From a bacterium (GTDB taxonomy: Bacteria; Zixibacteria; MSB-5A5; GN15; FEB-12): 64,000 nucleotides of DNA. The stretch covers positions 79,420 to 143,419 of the forward strand of contig JBDRNJ010000039.1 of NCBI GenBank assembly GCA_043811375.1, read 5' to 3'. Of the stretch, positions 1-9,277 are shown piece after piece (within the stretch, counting starts at the first letter, position 1; every line of letters begins with the position of its first letter). The translations under genes and the position numbers were made by a program. A model generated the notes under the pieces. That model was not told where the DNA came from. It saw only the letters and a program-made list of their open reading frames with translations, and did no database searches.

Positions 1-429
1 CGGCGGTCGTGGTTTCCCGATTTTGTCCGCCAGGCGGCTCCGCAGCGCTATGCCCGGGCCAAAGTGGCCCTCGAAGTATTAAGATCGCAGATTGATCTGT
101 TTGAATCCGGGCAATCATTTGATACCGCCACCATCGAACAGGCCTATGCCGACGCCATCTACCGGTTGTCTCTGGGGCAGGCGGGACCGGTTTTTATCGA
201 CTGGACCTTCCAGCGGCATTACCTGCGCGGGGCGCATGAAGTACCCTGGGGATTGATTCCACGCGCTTTCCGGCATGATGAGGCGATAGCATCGCCTCCT
301 GTCTGGCCCGCATACCGCAATGACACGGCCCAGGCTTTCGATGACCAACGCTCCCGGCGGCAGTTGGAGGGTTATCGTCGCGCCCGGCAGATATGGCAGG
401 CTTACCTGGTGCGGCTGCGTCAGCAGTGA
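1..429 (+). CDS. 3' end of a gene running in from upstream of the window; hypothetical (possibly the C-terminus of a DUF2723-like membrane protein)
   Basis: Frame 1 is open from base 1 (RRSWFPDFVRQ...) to TGA at 427-429; the family guess is a weak resemblance only. Confidence 0.55.
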   Translation, partial: RRSWFPDFVRQAAPQRYARAKVALEVLRSQIDLFESGQSFDTATIEQAYADAIYRLSLGQAGPVFIDWTFQRHYLRGAHEVPWGLIPRAFRHDEAIASPPVWPAYRNDTAQAFDDQRSRRQLEGYRRARQIWQAYLVRLRQQ

Positions 430-585
430 GGGGCGCGCCCCTGTAATGATCGTCGGTGCCCACACTTAACACACAACTTTGAAAAAAGGTTATTGACAGG
501 ACCCACAACCGCCATGTTATCTTGTGGTAGATGCCTGAGAAGCATTAATCATAAACCAAGAACTTAGAACTGGAAGGGAACGGAA

Positions 586-1074
586 ATGAAAAAAGTAACC
601 CTGTTGGCGGTACTGGTGCTGGCGGTAGGCCTGATTGCTTACGCCGGTGAGGAAGCGCAATGGTTTGATATGGAAAACTGCGCTTTCTGCAGCAATATGT
701 GCAAGAACCCCGAACTGATCGACCATATGATCTGGGAGCATCACAACATCGCTAATGGTATGCTCTCCATCACGACGGTCGAGCCGGAGTTCAAGGCTCC
801 GTATACCGAAGCGATGGATGCCATGAAGAAGCTGGGAGAGGCGATGGAGGTCGGTAAAGTCGATATGGCCGAGCTCAAACTGTGTGGCGCCTGCCAACAC
901 TACGGCACCCTGGAAGCGGCCGGCGCCAAATCTGAATACATCTTTGGCGAGGCCGCCGACATTTTCCTGATGACTTCCGATGATCCCGAACTGGTCAAAA
1001 AGATCCAGGAATATGGCCAGCGGAATAATGACGAAATGGCCAAGATGGAGGCAGCCAAGAAAAAAGCTGAGTAG
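586..1074 (+). CDS. Secreted/periplasmic hypothetical protein with two CxxC motifs
   Basis: Signal peptide MKKVTLLAVLVLAVGLIAYA; CAFC and CGAC motifs; purine-rich RBS upstream. Confidence 0.75.
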   Translation: MKKVTLLAVLVLAVGLIAYAGEEAQWFDMENCAFCSNMCKNPELIDHMIWEHHNIANGMLSITTVEPEFKAPYTEAMDAMKKLGEAMEVGKVDMAELKLCGACQHYGTLEAAGAKSEYIFGEAADIFLMTSDDPELVKKIQEYGQRNNDEMAKMEAAKKKAE

Positions 1075-1135
1075 TTACCCGGTTGCGTTTGGCACCGGTC
1101 ATCAGTGTGGACTGAAAAAACTGTCCCAACCAAAT

Positions 1136-1170
1136 GGCGTCAGGCAATACTGCTTGACGCCTTTGGTGTT
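1136..1170 (+). terminator. Probable intrinsic terminator hairpin
   Basis: GGCGTCAGGCA-ATAC-TGCTTGACGCC stem (one G-U pair) followed by TTTGGTGTT. Confidence 0.45.
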
Positions 1171-1261
1171 GAGGGCCTATGCTCAATCGTGAAAGCAACG
1201 ACCGGGACGAGCGTGACGATCTTAGCGATGTTTCGGAAAGCATAACCGAAGGCATTTAACG

Positions 1262-1945
1262 ATGGCGACTCAATCGGAAAACACGGGCTCTGACATCAGG
1301 CCGTCGGATTTTCTCCAGCCGGCTAACCTGCTGAGCCTGTCGCGTATTTTGCTCACGCCCGTCATAGGCTATTTCCTGTCTCAACCCGATTCGCAAGCGA
1401 CTCTTATCTGTGTCATTCTGCTGATCATAGCGGCCATTACTGACGGCCTGGACGGGTATGTCGCCCGGCGAATGAATCTGACCGGTCGATTGGGGATGAT
1501 TCTCGATCCGCTGGCCGATAAGATCATGGCTGCCGCGCTGGTGATATTGTTGATATTTTTCAGGGATTTCCCCTTCTGGTTGGCGGCTGCCATCGTCGGT
1601 CGTGACCTGGCGATCCTGGCGACGGGCACCCTGCTACTGAAAGGGAGCGCCACAGTCACCCCCTCCAGCCTGACCGGCAAATACACTTTTGCTGCCATTG
1701 CCGTTTTGCTGGGCAGTTATGTTATCCGGTTTGAATTCGGCCAATTATTAATGACGTACCTGACGGTGACGCTGCTGTCGGTATCGACCATCATTTATGT
1801 CGGACGCTTTGTTGACCTGAAACGTGGCTCACCGTTCAAGCCGTTTGTCGACCGCCCGGTGTATCGGATAATCAGGGTGGCGTTGACCCTGGCGGTGTCG
1901 GCTGTGTTTCTGTACCGGCTGGCCGGGTTCCTGATGAATGGGTAG
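1262..1945 (+). CDS. CDP-alcohol phosphatidyltransferase family protein (PgsA-like)
   Basis: ANLLSLSR and DGLDGYVARRMNLTGRLGMILDPLADK signature; multiple TM helices. Confidence 0.9.
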   Translation: MATQSENTGSDIRPSDFLQPANLLSLSRILLTPVIGYFLSQPDSQATLICVILLIIAAITDGLDGYVARRMNLTGRLGMILDPLADKIMAAALVILLIFFRDFPFWLAAAIVGRDLAILATGTLLLKGSATVTPSSLTGKYTFAAIAVLLGSYVIRFEFGQLLMTYLTVTLLSVSTIIYVGRFVDLKRGSPFKPFVDRPVYRIIRVALTLAVSAVFLYRLAGFLMNG

Positions 1946-2052
1946 CAAACAGCTCGGGCAACTCCGAGCATCACCCCCCCGAAAGGTCTTTACAACAACT
2001 GCCGATTAGGATAAATTAAACAGCTAAATGAGAATCGGAGAGTGAGAGACCA

Positions 2053-5000
2053 GTGGCGACAAACTTCAATACTTTCAAGGACGGTTTTTCCCTGCCGGAG
2101 GCGGAAAAAGGTATCCTGGATTTCTGGGAAACCAACCGGGTCTACGAAAAGGTCCAGCAGGCCGCCAAAGACCGGCCGCATTTTGTTTTCTACGAAGGGC
2201 CGCCATCGGCCAACGGCGAGCCGGGAGTGCATCATGTAATCTCACGCACGATCAAGGACCTCATCTGTCGCTATCGGAGTATGCGGGGGTTTCGGGTCGA
2301 CCGTAAAGCCGGCTGGGATACGCACGGTTTGCCGGTGGAGATCGCCGTTGAAAAAGAGCTTAAACTTGAAAGCAAAGCTAAAATATATGAGTACGGCATC
2401 AGCAAGTTCAACCGCCAGTGCCGCAAATCGGTTTTTAAGCATGTGACCGACTGGAACGAAATCACTCGCCGCATCGGCTACTGGCTCGACCTGGACGACG
2501 CCTATATCACACTAACCAATGACTACATCGAATCGGTCTGGTGGATTCTCAAGACCTTTTTCGATCGCGGACTTATCTACAGCGGCTATAAGACAGTGCC
2601 GTTCTGCCCCCGTTGCGGCACCGGCCTGTCCAGCCACGAGGTAGCCCAGGGGTACGAGACGGTGCGGGACCCGTCGATTTTCGTCAAGGTCCGGGCAGCC
2701 GACGGCGATTTCAGTTACCTGGTCTGGACCACCACACCCTGGACACTGCCCTCGAACGCCGCGTTGTGCATGAAAGCCGATGCCGACTACGTGACCGTCG
2801 AACACGAAGGGGAGAAACTGGTGCTGGCTGCGGCGCTGGTGGAGCGTATGTTCGGCGAGAATAAAGAGGTCATCGAGCGGCATAAAGGAAGTGATTTCCT
2901 CAAACGACGTTACCGGCCGCTGTTTGACATATTTACCGATCAAGCTGATCAGGCCTATTATGTCATCAACGGTGATTTCGTCACCCTGGAGGACGGCACC
3001 GGTATTGTCCATATAGCGCCCGGTTTTGGAGCCGACGACTATGAAATCGGCCGGAGCTTCGGACTGCCGGTTTTTCAGGCGATCGAGGCCAGCGGTATCT
3101 TTAAGGATTTTGCCGGCAAATACGCCGGGATGTTTATCAAGGATGCCGACCCGGTGATAATAGCTGACCTCAAATCAGATGGGCGACTGTTCAAGCAGGA
3201 AATCTACGAGCACAGCTACCCCTTCTGCTGGCGGTGCGAATCGCCCCTGATCTACATTGCCCGGCAGTCGTGGTACTTGAAAACAACCGAGTTCAAACAG
3301 CAACTGATTGACAACAGCAATGCCATCAAATGGTGCCCGGATGAGATTCGCACCGGCCGGATGCAGGACTGGCTGGAAAACAACGTCGACTGGGCGCTCT
3401 CACGCGAACGCTTCTGGGGCACGCCGCTGCCGATCTGGATTTGTGACGAAGAGAACTGTGGCCAAAAGATTGCGGTCGGCTCCATTGAGCAGTTGCGGCG
3501 GGAGGCGGTCAACCCCCCGGACGAGATCGACCTGCATAAGCCGATGATGGATGAAATCAAGCTGACCTGTCGGTGTGGTCAGACTATGAGCCGGGTACCG
3601 GAGGTGATCGACGTCTGGTTTGATTCCGGCGCCATGCCGTACGCCCAGTGGCATTATCCGTTTGAAAACAAAGAGGAGTTCGAGAGCAAGTACCCGGCCG
3701 ACTTCATCTCCGAGGCGGTGGACCAGACCCGGGGCTGGTTTTATTCGCTGCTGGCTATCTCCACGCTGCTGTTCGGCAAACCGCCGTTTAAGAATGTCAT
3801 CGTGATGGAGATGATTCTCGACAAGGAAGGCAAGAAGATGTCCAAGAGCAAAGGGAACGTTGTTAATCCCTTTGCTGTCATTGATCGTTTCGGTGCCGAT
3901 CCGCTGCGCTGGTACCTGGTGTCCACTTCGCAACCCTGGCTGCCGATCCGGTTTGACTTGGACATCCTGGCGGAAGTGGTGCGCAAGTACTTCGATACCC
4001 TGCGCAACACTTATTCGTTCTTTGCCATTTACGCCAATGTCGACCACGTGGCCGAGTCGGCACAGGCAGCCGATCAGTCGATCGAAGAATATCTTCAGAG
4101 CAAGGCCGATCGGCCGGAACGGTTCGATCTCTGGATCGAATCGCGCTACCAGAGCCTGGTCAAAAAGGTCACGCATGGCTTTGACAACTATGAGATCACC
4201 CGGCCGGTGCGCAGTATCCAGACGTTTGTCATTGATGACCTGTCCAACTGGTACGTGCGCAATAACCGCCGTCGCTTCTGGGCCGGCGGTGACGATCCGT
4301 CCAAAATGCGCGCCTACCTGACTCTGTATCGCCTGTTGACGGGGATTTGCCGGTTGACGGCGCCGGTGACACCGCTTTTCTCGGAACTGTTATTCCGTGA
4401 ACTTACGATGGCCGATGGTTATCCGGATAATGCGCTGACATCGGTGCATGCGGCTGCTTATCCGCAGACGGACGAGTCCGGGATCGATTCCCAACTGGAA
4501 GAAAGTATGCAACTGGTGCAGAAGATCGTATCGCTGGGTCGAGCGGTTCGTTCGCGCAAGAATCTCAAAGTCCGCCAGCCGTTGTCGCGTATCCTGATTG
4601 CGTTGCCTTCGCATACCGACCAGAAGGGCCTTGAGGGCTACCTTGATATCGTCAGGGAGGAACTTAATATCAAGGAGATCGTGTTCAGCACTGAGGCCGA
4701 GCAGTGCGTCAACCTGGCGGCTCGCCTCAATTTCAAGACCGCCGGACCGAAACTGGGTGCCGATGTCAAGAAAGTGGCTGCGCAGTTGAGCCGACTCGAT
4801 TCGGAAACAGTGCAGCAAGTCGCCGCATCCGGACAGTTATCCCTTGATGTTGACGGTCGGCAGATCAACCTTGCCGGTGAGGATGTCCAGATTATCCGCA
4901 AAGACAAGCCGGGTTACGCCGTGGAAAGCGATGGTTCGGTTACGGTGGCCCTGGTGACGGTGTTGACTGAAGAATTGATAGGTGAAGGGTTCGCCCGCGA

Positions 5001-5238
5001 AATCGTCAACAAGATTCAAAATATGCGCAAGAGTTCCGGTTTGGATATAACCGACTACGTTGATGTTCGTGTCAGTTCATCTGAGCGATTGAGAGAAGCG
5101 GCCGAACAGCACGACGAGTTCATTCGGCGGGAAACGCTGGCCCGCCGGATCGAGTTCACCGATGCGGAAATGGTCGGCGACGGCAAAGAATGGAATATTA
5201 ATGGTGAGAAGGCCGCCATCGCGGTGGCGAAGGCATAG
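2053..5238 (+). CDS. ileS: Isoleucine--tRNA ligase (type 2 IleRS)
   Basis: FYEGPPSANG, GWDTHGLPVE, WTTTPWTLPSN, GTGIVHIAP, KMSKS; long C-terminus with EGFAREIVNKIQNMRK typical of IleRS2. Confidence 0.97.
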   Translation: MATNFNTFKDGFSLPEAEKGILDFWETNRVYEKVQQAAKDRPHFVFYEGPPSANGEPGVHHVISRTIKDLICRYRSMRGFRVDRKAGWDTHGLPVEIAVEKELKLESKAKIYEYGISKFNRQCRKSVFKHVTDWNEITRRIGYWLDLDDAYITLTNDYIESVWWILKTFFDRGLIYSGYKTVPFCPRCGTGLSSHEVAQGYETVRDPSIFVKVRAADGDFSYLVWTTTPWTLPSNAALCMKADADYVTVEHEGEKLVLAAALVERMFGENKEVIERHKGSDFLKRRYRPLFDIFTDQADQAYYVINGDFVTLEDGTGIVHIAPGFGADDYEIGRSFGLPVFQAIEASGIFKDFAGKYAGMFIKDADPVIIADLKSDGRLFKQEIYEHSYPFCWRCESPLIYIARQSWYLKTTEFKQQLIDNSNAIKWCPDEIRTGRMQDWLENNVDWALSRERFWGTPLPIWICDEENCGQKIAVGSIEQLRREAVNPPDEIDLHKPMMDEIKLTCRCGQTMSRVPEVIDVWFDSGAMPYAQWHYPFENKEEFESKYPADFISEAVDQTRGWFYSLLAISTLLFGKPPFKNVIVMEMILDKEGKKMSKSKGNVVNPFAVIDRFGADPLRWYLVSTSQPWLPIRFDLDILAEVVRKYFDTLRNTYSFFAIYANVDHVAESAQAADQSIEEYLQSKADRPERFDLWIESRYQSLVKKVTHGFDNYEITRPVRSIQTFVIDDLSNWYVRNNRRRFWAGGDDPSKMRAYLTLYRLLTGICRLTAPVTPLFSELLFRELTMADGYPDNALTSVHAAAYPQTDESGIDSQLEESMQLVQKIVSLGRAVRSRKNLKVRQPLSRILIALPSHTDQKGLEGYLDIVREELNIKEIVFSTEAEQCVNLAARLNFKTAGPKLGADVKKVAAQLSRLDSETVQQVAASGQLSLDVDGRQINLAGEDVQIIRKDKPGYAVESDGSVTVALVTVLTEELIGEGFAREIVNKIQNMRKSSGLDITDYVDVRVSSSERLREAAEQHDEFIRRETLARRIEFTDAEMVGDGKEWNINGEKAAIAVAKA

Positions 5239-5252
5239 GATGGGAGGTAGCC

Positions 5253-5636
5253 ATGCGCAAGACCGATCTGAAGAAATATGAAAAACTGCTGCTGGAGAAA
5301 AAAAAGTCCCTCCTGGAACAGATTGCGTCAACCATGAAAGATCGGGTTTCGACAACTATCCGTGAATCAACCGGTGACATTTCATCCTATTCCTACCACA
5401 TGGCCGATCAGGGCACCGATGCTATGGAACGGGAACTGGCTTTCATGTTTGCTTCCAAATCGGGCCGTCTCGTCTATCACATCGATCAGGCGCTGAAGCG
5501 TATAAAGGACGGTAGCTACGGTAAGTGCGTCAAATGCGGCAAACCGATCAGTTCCGCCAGGTTGACAGCCGTCCCTCACGCCCGGATGTGCATCGAGTGC
5601 AAATCAGCCGAAGAGGGTTCTAAAGCTGGTAGTTAG
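5253..5636 (+). CDS. dksA: TraR/DksA family C4 zinc-finger protein
   Basis: Coiled coil with HMADQGTD, then CVKC...CIEC zinc finger; GGGAGG RBS; lies between ileS and lspA. Confidence 0.85.
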   Translation: MRKTDLKKYEKLLLEKKKSLLEQIASTMKDRVSTTIRESTGDISSYSYHMADQGTDAMERELAFMFASKSGRLVYHIDQALKRIKDGSYGKCVKCGKPISSARLTAVPHARMCIECKSAEEGSKAGS

Positions 5637-6207
5637 CAATCGCACAAGCCTGCTGACCCCCGCAGCGATCATCCTGGCCACCGTAGCCGTCGATCAGATT
5701 TCCAAAATCTGGGCAGTTAACCTGTTGGCGGAACAACCCACGCGGGAAGCGCTGGGTCGGTTTTTGATGTTCACCCTTGTTTATAACGAAGGCGGCGCCC
5801 TGGGAACCAGCTTCGGCTCCTCAACCTACTATCTCGTATCATCATTGATTATATTATCCTTTGTCCTCTACTACCTGTTTGTCAATCGTTATTCGGCTCG
5901 GATCGCCTGGCCGCTGTCCTTTACGGCGGCGGGGGCAATCGGCAATATCATTGATCGCATCAGGCTGGGTAAGGTGATTGACTTTATCGATGTTGATATT
6001 TTCGATATAAACCTGGCCGGCTTTCACCTTGATCGCTGGTGGACTTTCAATGTCGCCGATGCTGCTATAAGCTGCTCAATCGTGTTTTTGCTGTACACAT
6101 TAATGTTTTCGCGTCACCGACAGGCGCCGGTATCAGCAATGGCTATCGATGAAATCGACTCGCAGCGAGCCAAAGAATCGGGCGGCCCCCCTCCCGACCA
6201 CAGTTAA
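5626..6207 (+). CDS. lspA: Lipoprotein signal peptidase II; start probably a non-canonical CTG
   Basis: DQISK, NEGGA, GNIIDR, FNVAD motifs; the DQISK helix lies upstream of the first ATG/GTG/TTG (5725). Confidence 0.9.
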   Translation: MVVSNRTSLLTPAAIILATVAVDQISKIWAVNLLAEQPTREALGRFLMFTLVYNEGGALGTSFGSSTYYLVSSLIILSFVLYYLFVNRYSARIAWPLSFTAAGAIGNIIDRIRLGKVIDFIDVDIFDINLAGFHLDRWWTFNVADAAISCSIVFLLYTLMFSRHRQAPVSAMAIDEIDSQRAKESGGPPPDHS

Positions 6208-6473
6208 ATTCTTGCGATCCAACAACATCCCAACTCGCCCGGTTGCAGGGGGCACCCTGGGGCAAAGTACAACCAGCCCGGCTCACGATCTTTGGCAGCG
6301 ACAGCCTGAGACTGAAGATAGGTAATACTTTCGGGAATCTTGCTTATTCGCCAAAGACGAGGCGAACTGTCGAGAGTGATCGGGTGCATCTGTAATGTGC
6401 TCATACATAAGGTGATAGAAAGCCCCCCGGATTATTATAAGCCGGATGACGGGCGGGAGGTAAAAGGGTGAGA

Positions 6474-6491
6474 TAATGAATTTTTTCACAA
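6474..6491. promoter_or_regulatory. Rex-like operator upstream of dsrA
   Basis: TAATGAA-TTTT-TTCACAA matches 12/14 positions of TTGTGAA-N4-TTCACAA. Confidence 0.55.
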
Positions 6492-6498
6492 CTTTTCC

Positions 6499-6533
6499 TT
6501 GACGGAAAGCCCTCTATTCACTATAGAGGGCTT
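6499..6533 (+). promoter_or_regulatory. Candidate sigma70 promoter of the dsr operon overlapped by an 11-bp perfect inverted repeat
   Basis: TTGACG (6499-6504), 17 bp spacer, TATAGA (6522-6527); AAGCCCTCTAT-TCACT-ATAGAGGGCTT at 6507-6533. Confidence 0.5.
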
Positions 6534-6654
6534 CTGTGAAATGAATGACCTGTTGAGATTTATGGAGACTATTGTAGCTACTACGTTAGCCGTAAGCTAA
6601 ATAATGAATCTGAAGGCAAGAATCAACACAATATATACTACCTGAGGAGACACA

Positions 6655-7866
6655 ATGGCAGATCTTCCTAAGACCCCCATGTTGGATGAACTGGAGAAGG
6701 GTGCCTGGCCCAGCTTTGTTAAAGAGATAAAGATGGCTGCGAAAAGGAGCCCGATGTCCAGGGATCTTCTTGGTCAGTTGGAACAATCCTATAACGAGAA
6801 AATCGGCCACTGGAAACACGGTGGCATCGTCGGTGTTATGGGCTACGGTGGCGGTGTCATCGGCAGATATTCGGATTTGCCCGACAAATGGCCGGGTGTT
6901 TCCCATTTTCACACTATGCGCATTAACCAACCGGCAGGGTGGTTCTATAAGACTGATGCATTACGCGGTATCTGTGATATCTGGGAGAAGCACGGTTCGG
7001 GCATGACCAACATGCACGGATCAACTGGTGATATTATCCTGCTCGGTACCAACACTGATGCACTTGAGCCGATTTTCTCCGACCTGGCCAAAATAGACTT
7101 CGATATTGGTGGATCAGGCTCAGATGTTAGAACACCAAGCTGTTGTGTCGGACCGGCTCGATGCGAGTGGGCTTGCTATGACACCCTGGCGCTCACGCAC
7201 GATCTCACAATGCATTTCCAGGATGAGATCCACCGTCCCGCTTTCCCATATAAGTTCAAATTCAAGATGTCCGGCTGCCCCAACGATTGTGTGGCCTCAA
7301 TTGCCAGGGCCGACATGTCCATCATCGGTATGTGGCGGGACGCCATTCAGGTGGATAAAGACGCAGTCGCCGAGTATGCCGACAAGGGTATGGATATCAG
7401 GTCTGACGTGCTTGATAACTGCCCGGCCAAGTGCATGGAGTTCGACGGTAAGGAACTGCATATCGACGACAGTTACTGCCGCAAGTGCATGCACTGCATT
7501 AATGTCATGCCCAAAGCCCTTAGGCCCGGCAAGGACCGCGGCGCCACCATCCTCATTGGCTCCAAGGCACCCATCGTTGAGGGCGCCCTGCTCTCATCGG
7601 TGCTTTTCCCGTTCATCAAGATCGAAGCTCCGTATGACAAGATAAAGGATACGGTTGAAAAAATCTGGGATGTCTGGGGTGAGGAAGGCAAGAACCGCGA
7701 GCGTGTCGGCGAGTTTATACAGCGCGTCGGCATGGGCAATTTCCTGGAAGCCATCGAGGTAGAACCGGTAGCTGAAATGGTGGCGGCTCCTCGTGATAAC
7801 CCGTACATCTTCTACGAAGAATACTTTGAAGAAGATGAGGGTGAAGAAGAAGAAAACGAAGGCTGA
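6655..7866 (+). CDS. dsrA: Dissimilatory sulfite reductase alpha subunit
   Basis: [26 protein letters not shown], siroheme/4Fe-4S ligands CVGPARC and [15 protein letters not shown]. Confidence 0.98.
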   Translation: MADLPKTPMLDELEKGAWPSFVKEIKMAAKRSPMSRDLLGQLEQSYNEKIGHWKHGGIVGVMGYGGGVIGRYSDLPDKWPGVSHFHTMRINQPAGWFYKTDALRGICDIWEKHGSGMTNMHGSTGDIILLGTNTDALEPIFSDLAKIDFDIGGSGSDVRTPSCCVGPARCEWACYDTLALTHDLTMHFQDEIHRPAFPYKFKFKMSGCPNDCVASIARADMSIIGMWRDAIQVDKDAVAEYADKGMDIRSDVLDNCPAKCMEFDGKELHIDDSYCRKCMHCINVMPKALRPGKDRGATILIGSKAPIVEGALLSSVLFPFIKIEAPYDKIKDTVEKIWDVWGEEGKNRERVGEFIQRVGMGNFLEAIEVEPVAEMVAAPRDNPYIFYEEYFEEDEGEEEENEG

Positions 7867-7910
7867 TATCAGCCAACAGAACATGATATATCAGGATAGA
7901 GGTATCAGAT

Positions 7911-8993
7911 ATGACTGAAGCAACACAAGAGAGAAGAACTGATTACGGTCCGCCTCATTACGAGCGATTCTTACCGCCCGTGGTCAAGGCGAACTACGGC
8001 AAATGGAAGTATCACGAGATTCTGAAGCCCGGCGTGATGGTTCATGTTGGAGAATCGGGGGATAAGCTCTACACCGTCAGAGCCGCGTCGGGAAGGCTGT
8101 TGAGTATCGATAAAATCCGCATGTATTGCGATCTGGCGGATAAGTACTGCGACGGCTACATCCGTTTCACCAGCCGTCACAGCGTTGAGTTCATGACCAC
8201 CAAAAAGGAAAACATAGATCCGTTAATCAGCGACCTTAAGAAGCTCGGCCATCCTGTGGGCGGTATCGGGAACGCTATCACCAGTATTGTTCATACTCAA
8301 GGCTGGGTTCACTGTCACTCGGCCGCAACCGATGCATCCGGTATCGTCAAGGCTGTGATGGACGACCTGATTGAGTATTTCGAGGAGAGGAAGCTGCCGG
8401 GTAAGCTGCGTATCGCCCTGGCCTGCTGCCTGAACATGTGCGGCGCGGTACACTGCTCCGACATCGCCATTCTGGGTATCCACCGCCGCCCGCCGCGTGC
8501 GAACCATGCATTGCTGAAGAAGCAGTGCGAAATTCCCAGCGTAGTGGCATCATGTCCTACGGCGGCTATCCGTCCGGCCACGGTCGACGGCAAACCGTCC
8601 GTGGAAATCATGGAAGAACGGTGCATGTTCTGTGCCAACTGCTTCACTGTCTGTCCGTCGCTGCCGATGAACGACCCGCTCAACGACGGCATATCCATCT
8701 GGGTTGGTGGTAAGGTGTCCAATGCTCGCACCGAGCCGATGTTCTCGAAACTGGCAATACCGTTCATCCCCAATAATCCTCCGCGCTGGCCTGAAGTGGT
8801 CACGGCTATCAGAGGTCTGGTTGAGTTGTGGGCCAAGAACGCCCGCAAATACGAGCGCATGGGCGAATGGATCAACCGTATCGGCTGGCCGCGATTCTTC
8901 AAGATGTCCGGTATCGAATTTGAAAAACAACACATAGATGACTTTAAACATGCCGGCCTGACATACAAACGGTCGACTCACTTGACGTTTTAA
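7911..8993 (+). CDS. dsrB: Dissimilatory sulfite reductase beta subunit
   Basis: [48 protein letters not shown]. Confidence 0.98.
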   Translation: MTEATQERRTDYGPPHYERFLPPVVKANYGKWKYHEILKPGVMVHVGESGDKLYTVRAASGRLLSIDKIRMYCDLADKYCDGYIRFTSRHSVEFMTTKKENIDPLISDLKKLGHPVGGIGNAITSIVHTQGWVHCHSAATDASGIVKAVMDDLIEYFEERKLPGKLRIALACCLNMCGAVHCSDIAILGIHRRPPRANHALLKKQCEIPSVVASCPTAAIRPATVDGKPSVEIMEERCMFCANCFTVCPSLPMNDPLNDGISIWVGGKVSNARTEPMFSKLAIPFIPNNPPRWPEVVTAIRGLVELWAKNARKYERMGEWINRIGWPRFFKMSGIEFEKQHIDDFKHAGLTYKRSTHLTF

Positions 8994-9004
8994 GAGGTAT
9001 TCAC

Positions 9005-9250
9005 GTGGCCAAGACGGTCGATGAAATTGCGGATGCCATGTTCAACCTGGTGAAGGACGCTCAGGGCCTGAGAAAACTGAAGGCTATGGATCTGATCAAG
9101 TCGATGAGGGAGTTCTTCGGCGATGAGGCTGACAAAAAGCTTTGCAAAGAGGCTATCAAGTCGCTCATCAACTCCGGCAGGTGTGTCTACACCTACTTCG
9201 GAGGCAGTTACATAGAGCTTCCACATAGGGAAGGCGCCGCGAACGACTGA
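9005..9250 (+). CDS. dsrD: DsrD, activator of DsrAB
   Basis: 81 aa directly after dsrB; KKLCKEAIKSLINSGRCVYTYFGGSYI winged-helix motif; GAGG RBS. Confidence 0.85.
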   Translation: MAKTVDEIADAMFNLVKDAQGLRKLKAMDLIKSMREFFGDEADKKLCKEAIKSLINSGRCVYTYFGGSYIELPHREGAAND

Positions 9251-9277
9251 GCTCCAGGCGCCCGGGGTTGGACATTA

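Noticed and set aside
880..900. CGACQH as a heme c binding site
   Set aside because: Not CxxCH; there is an extra residue before the His
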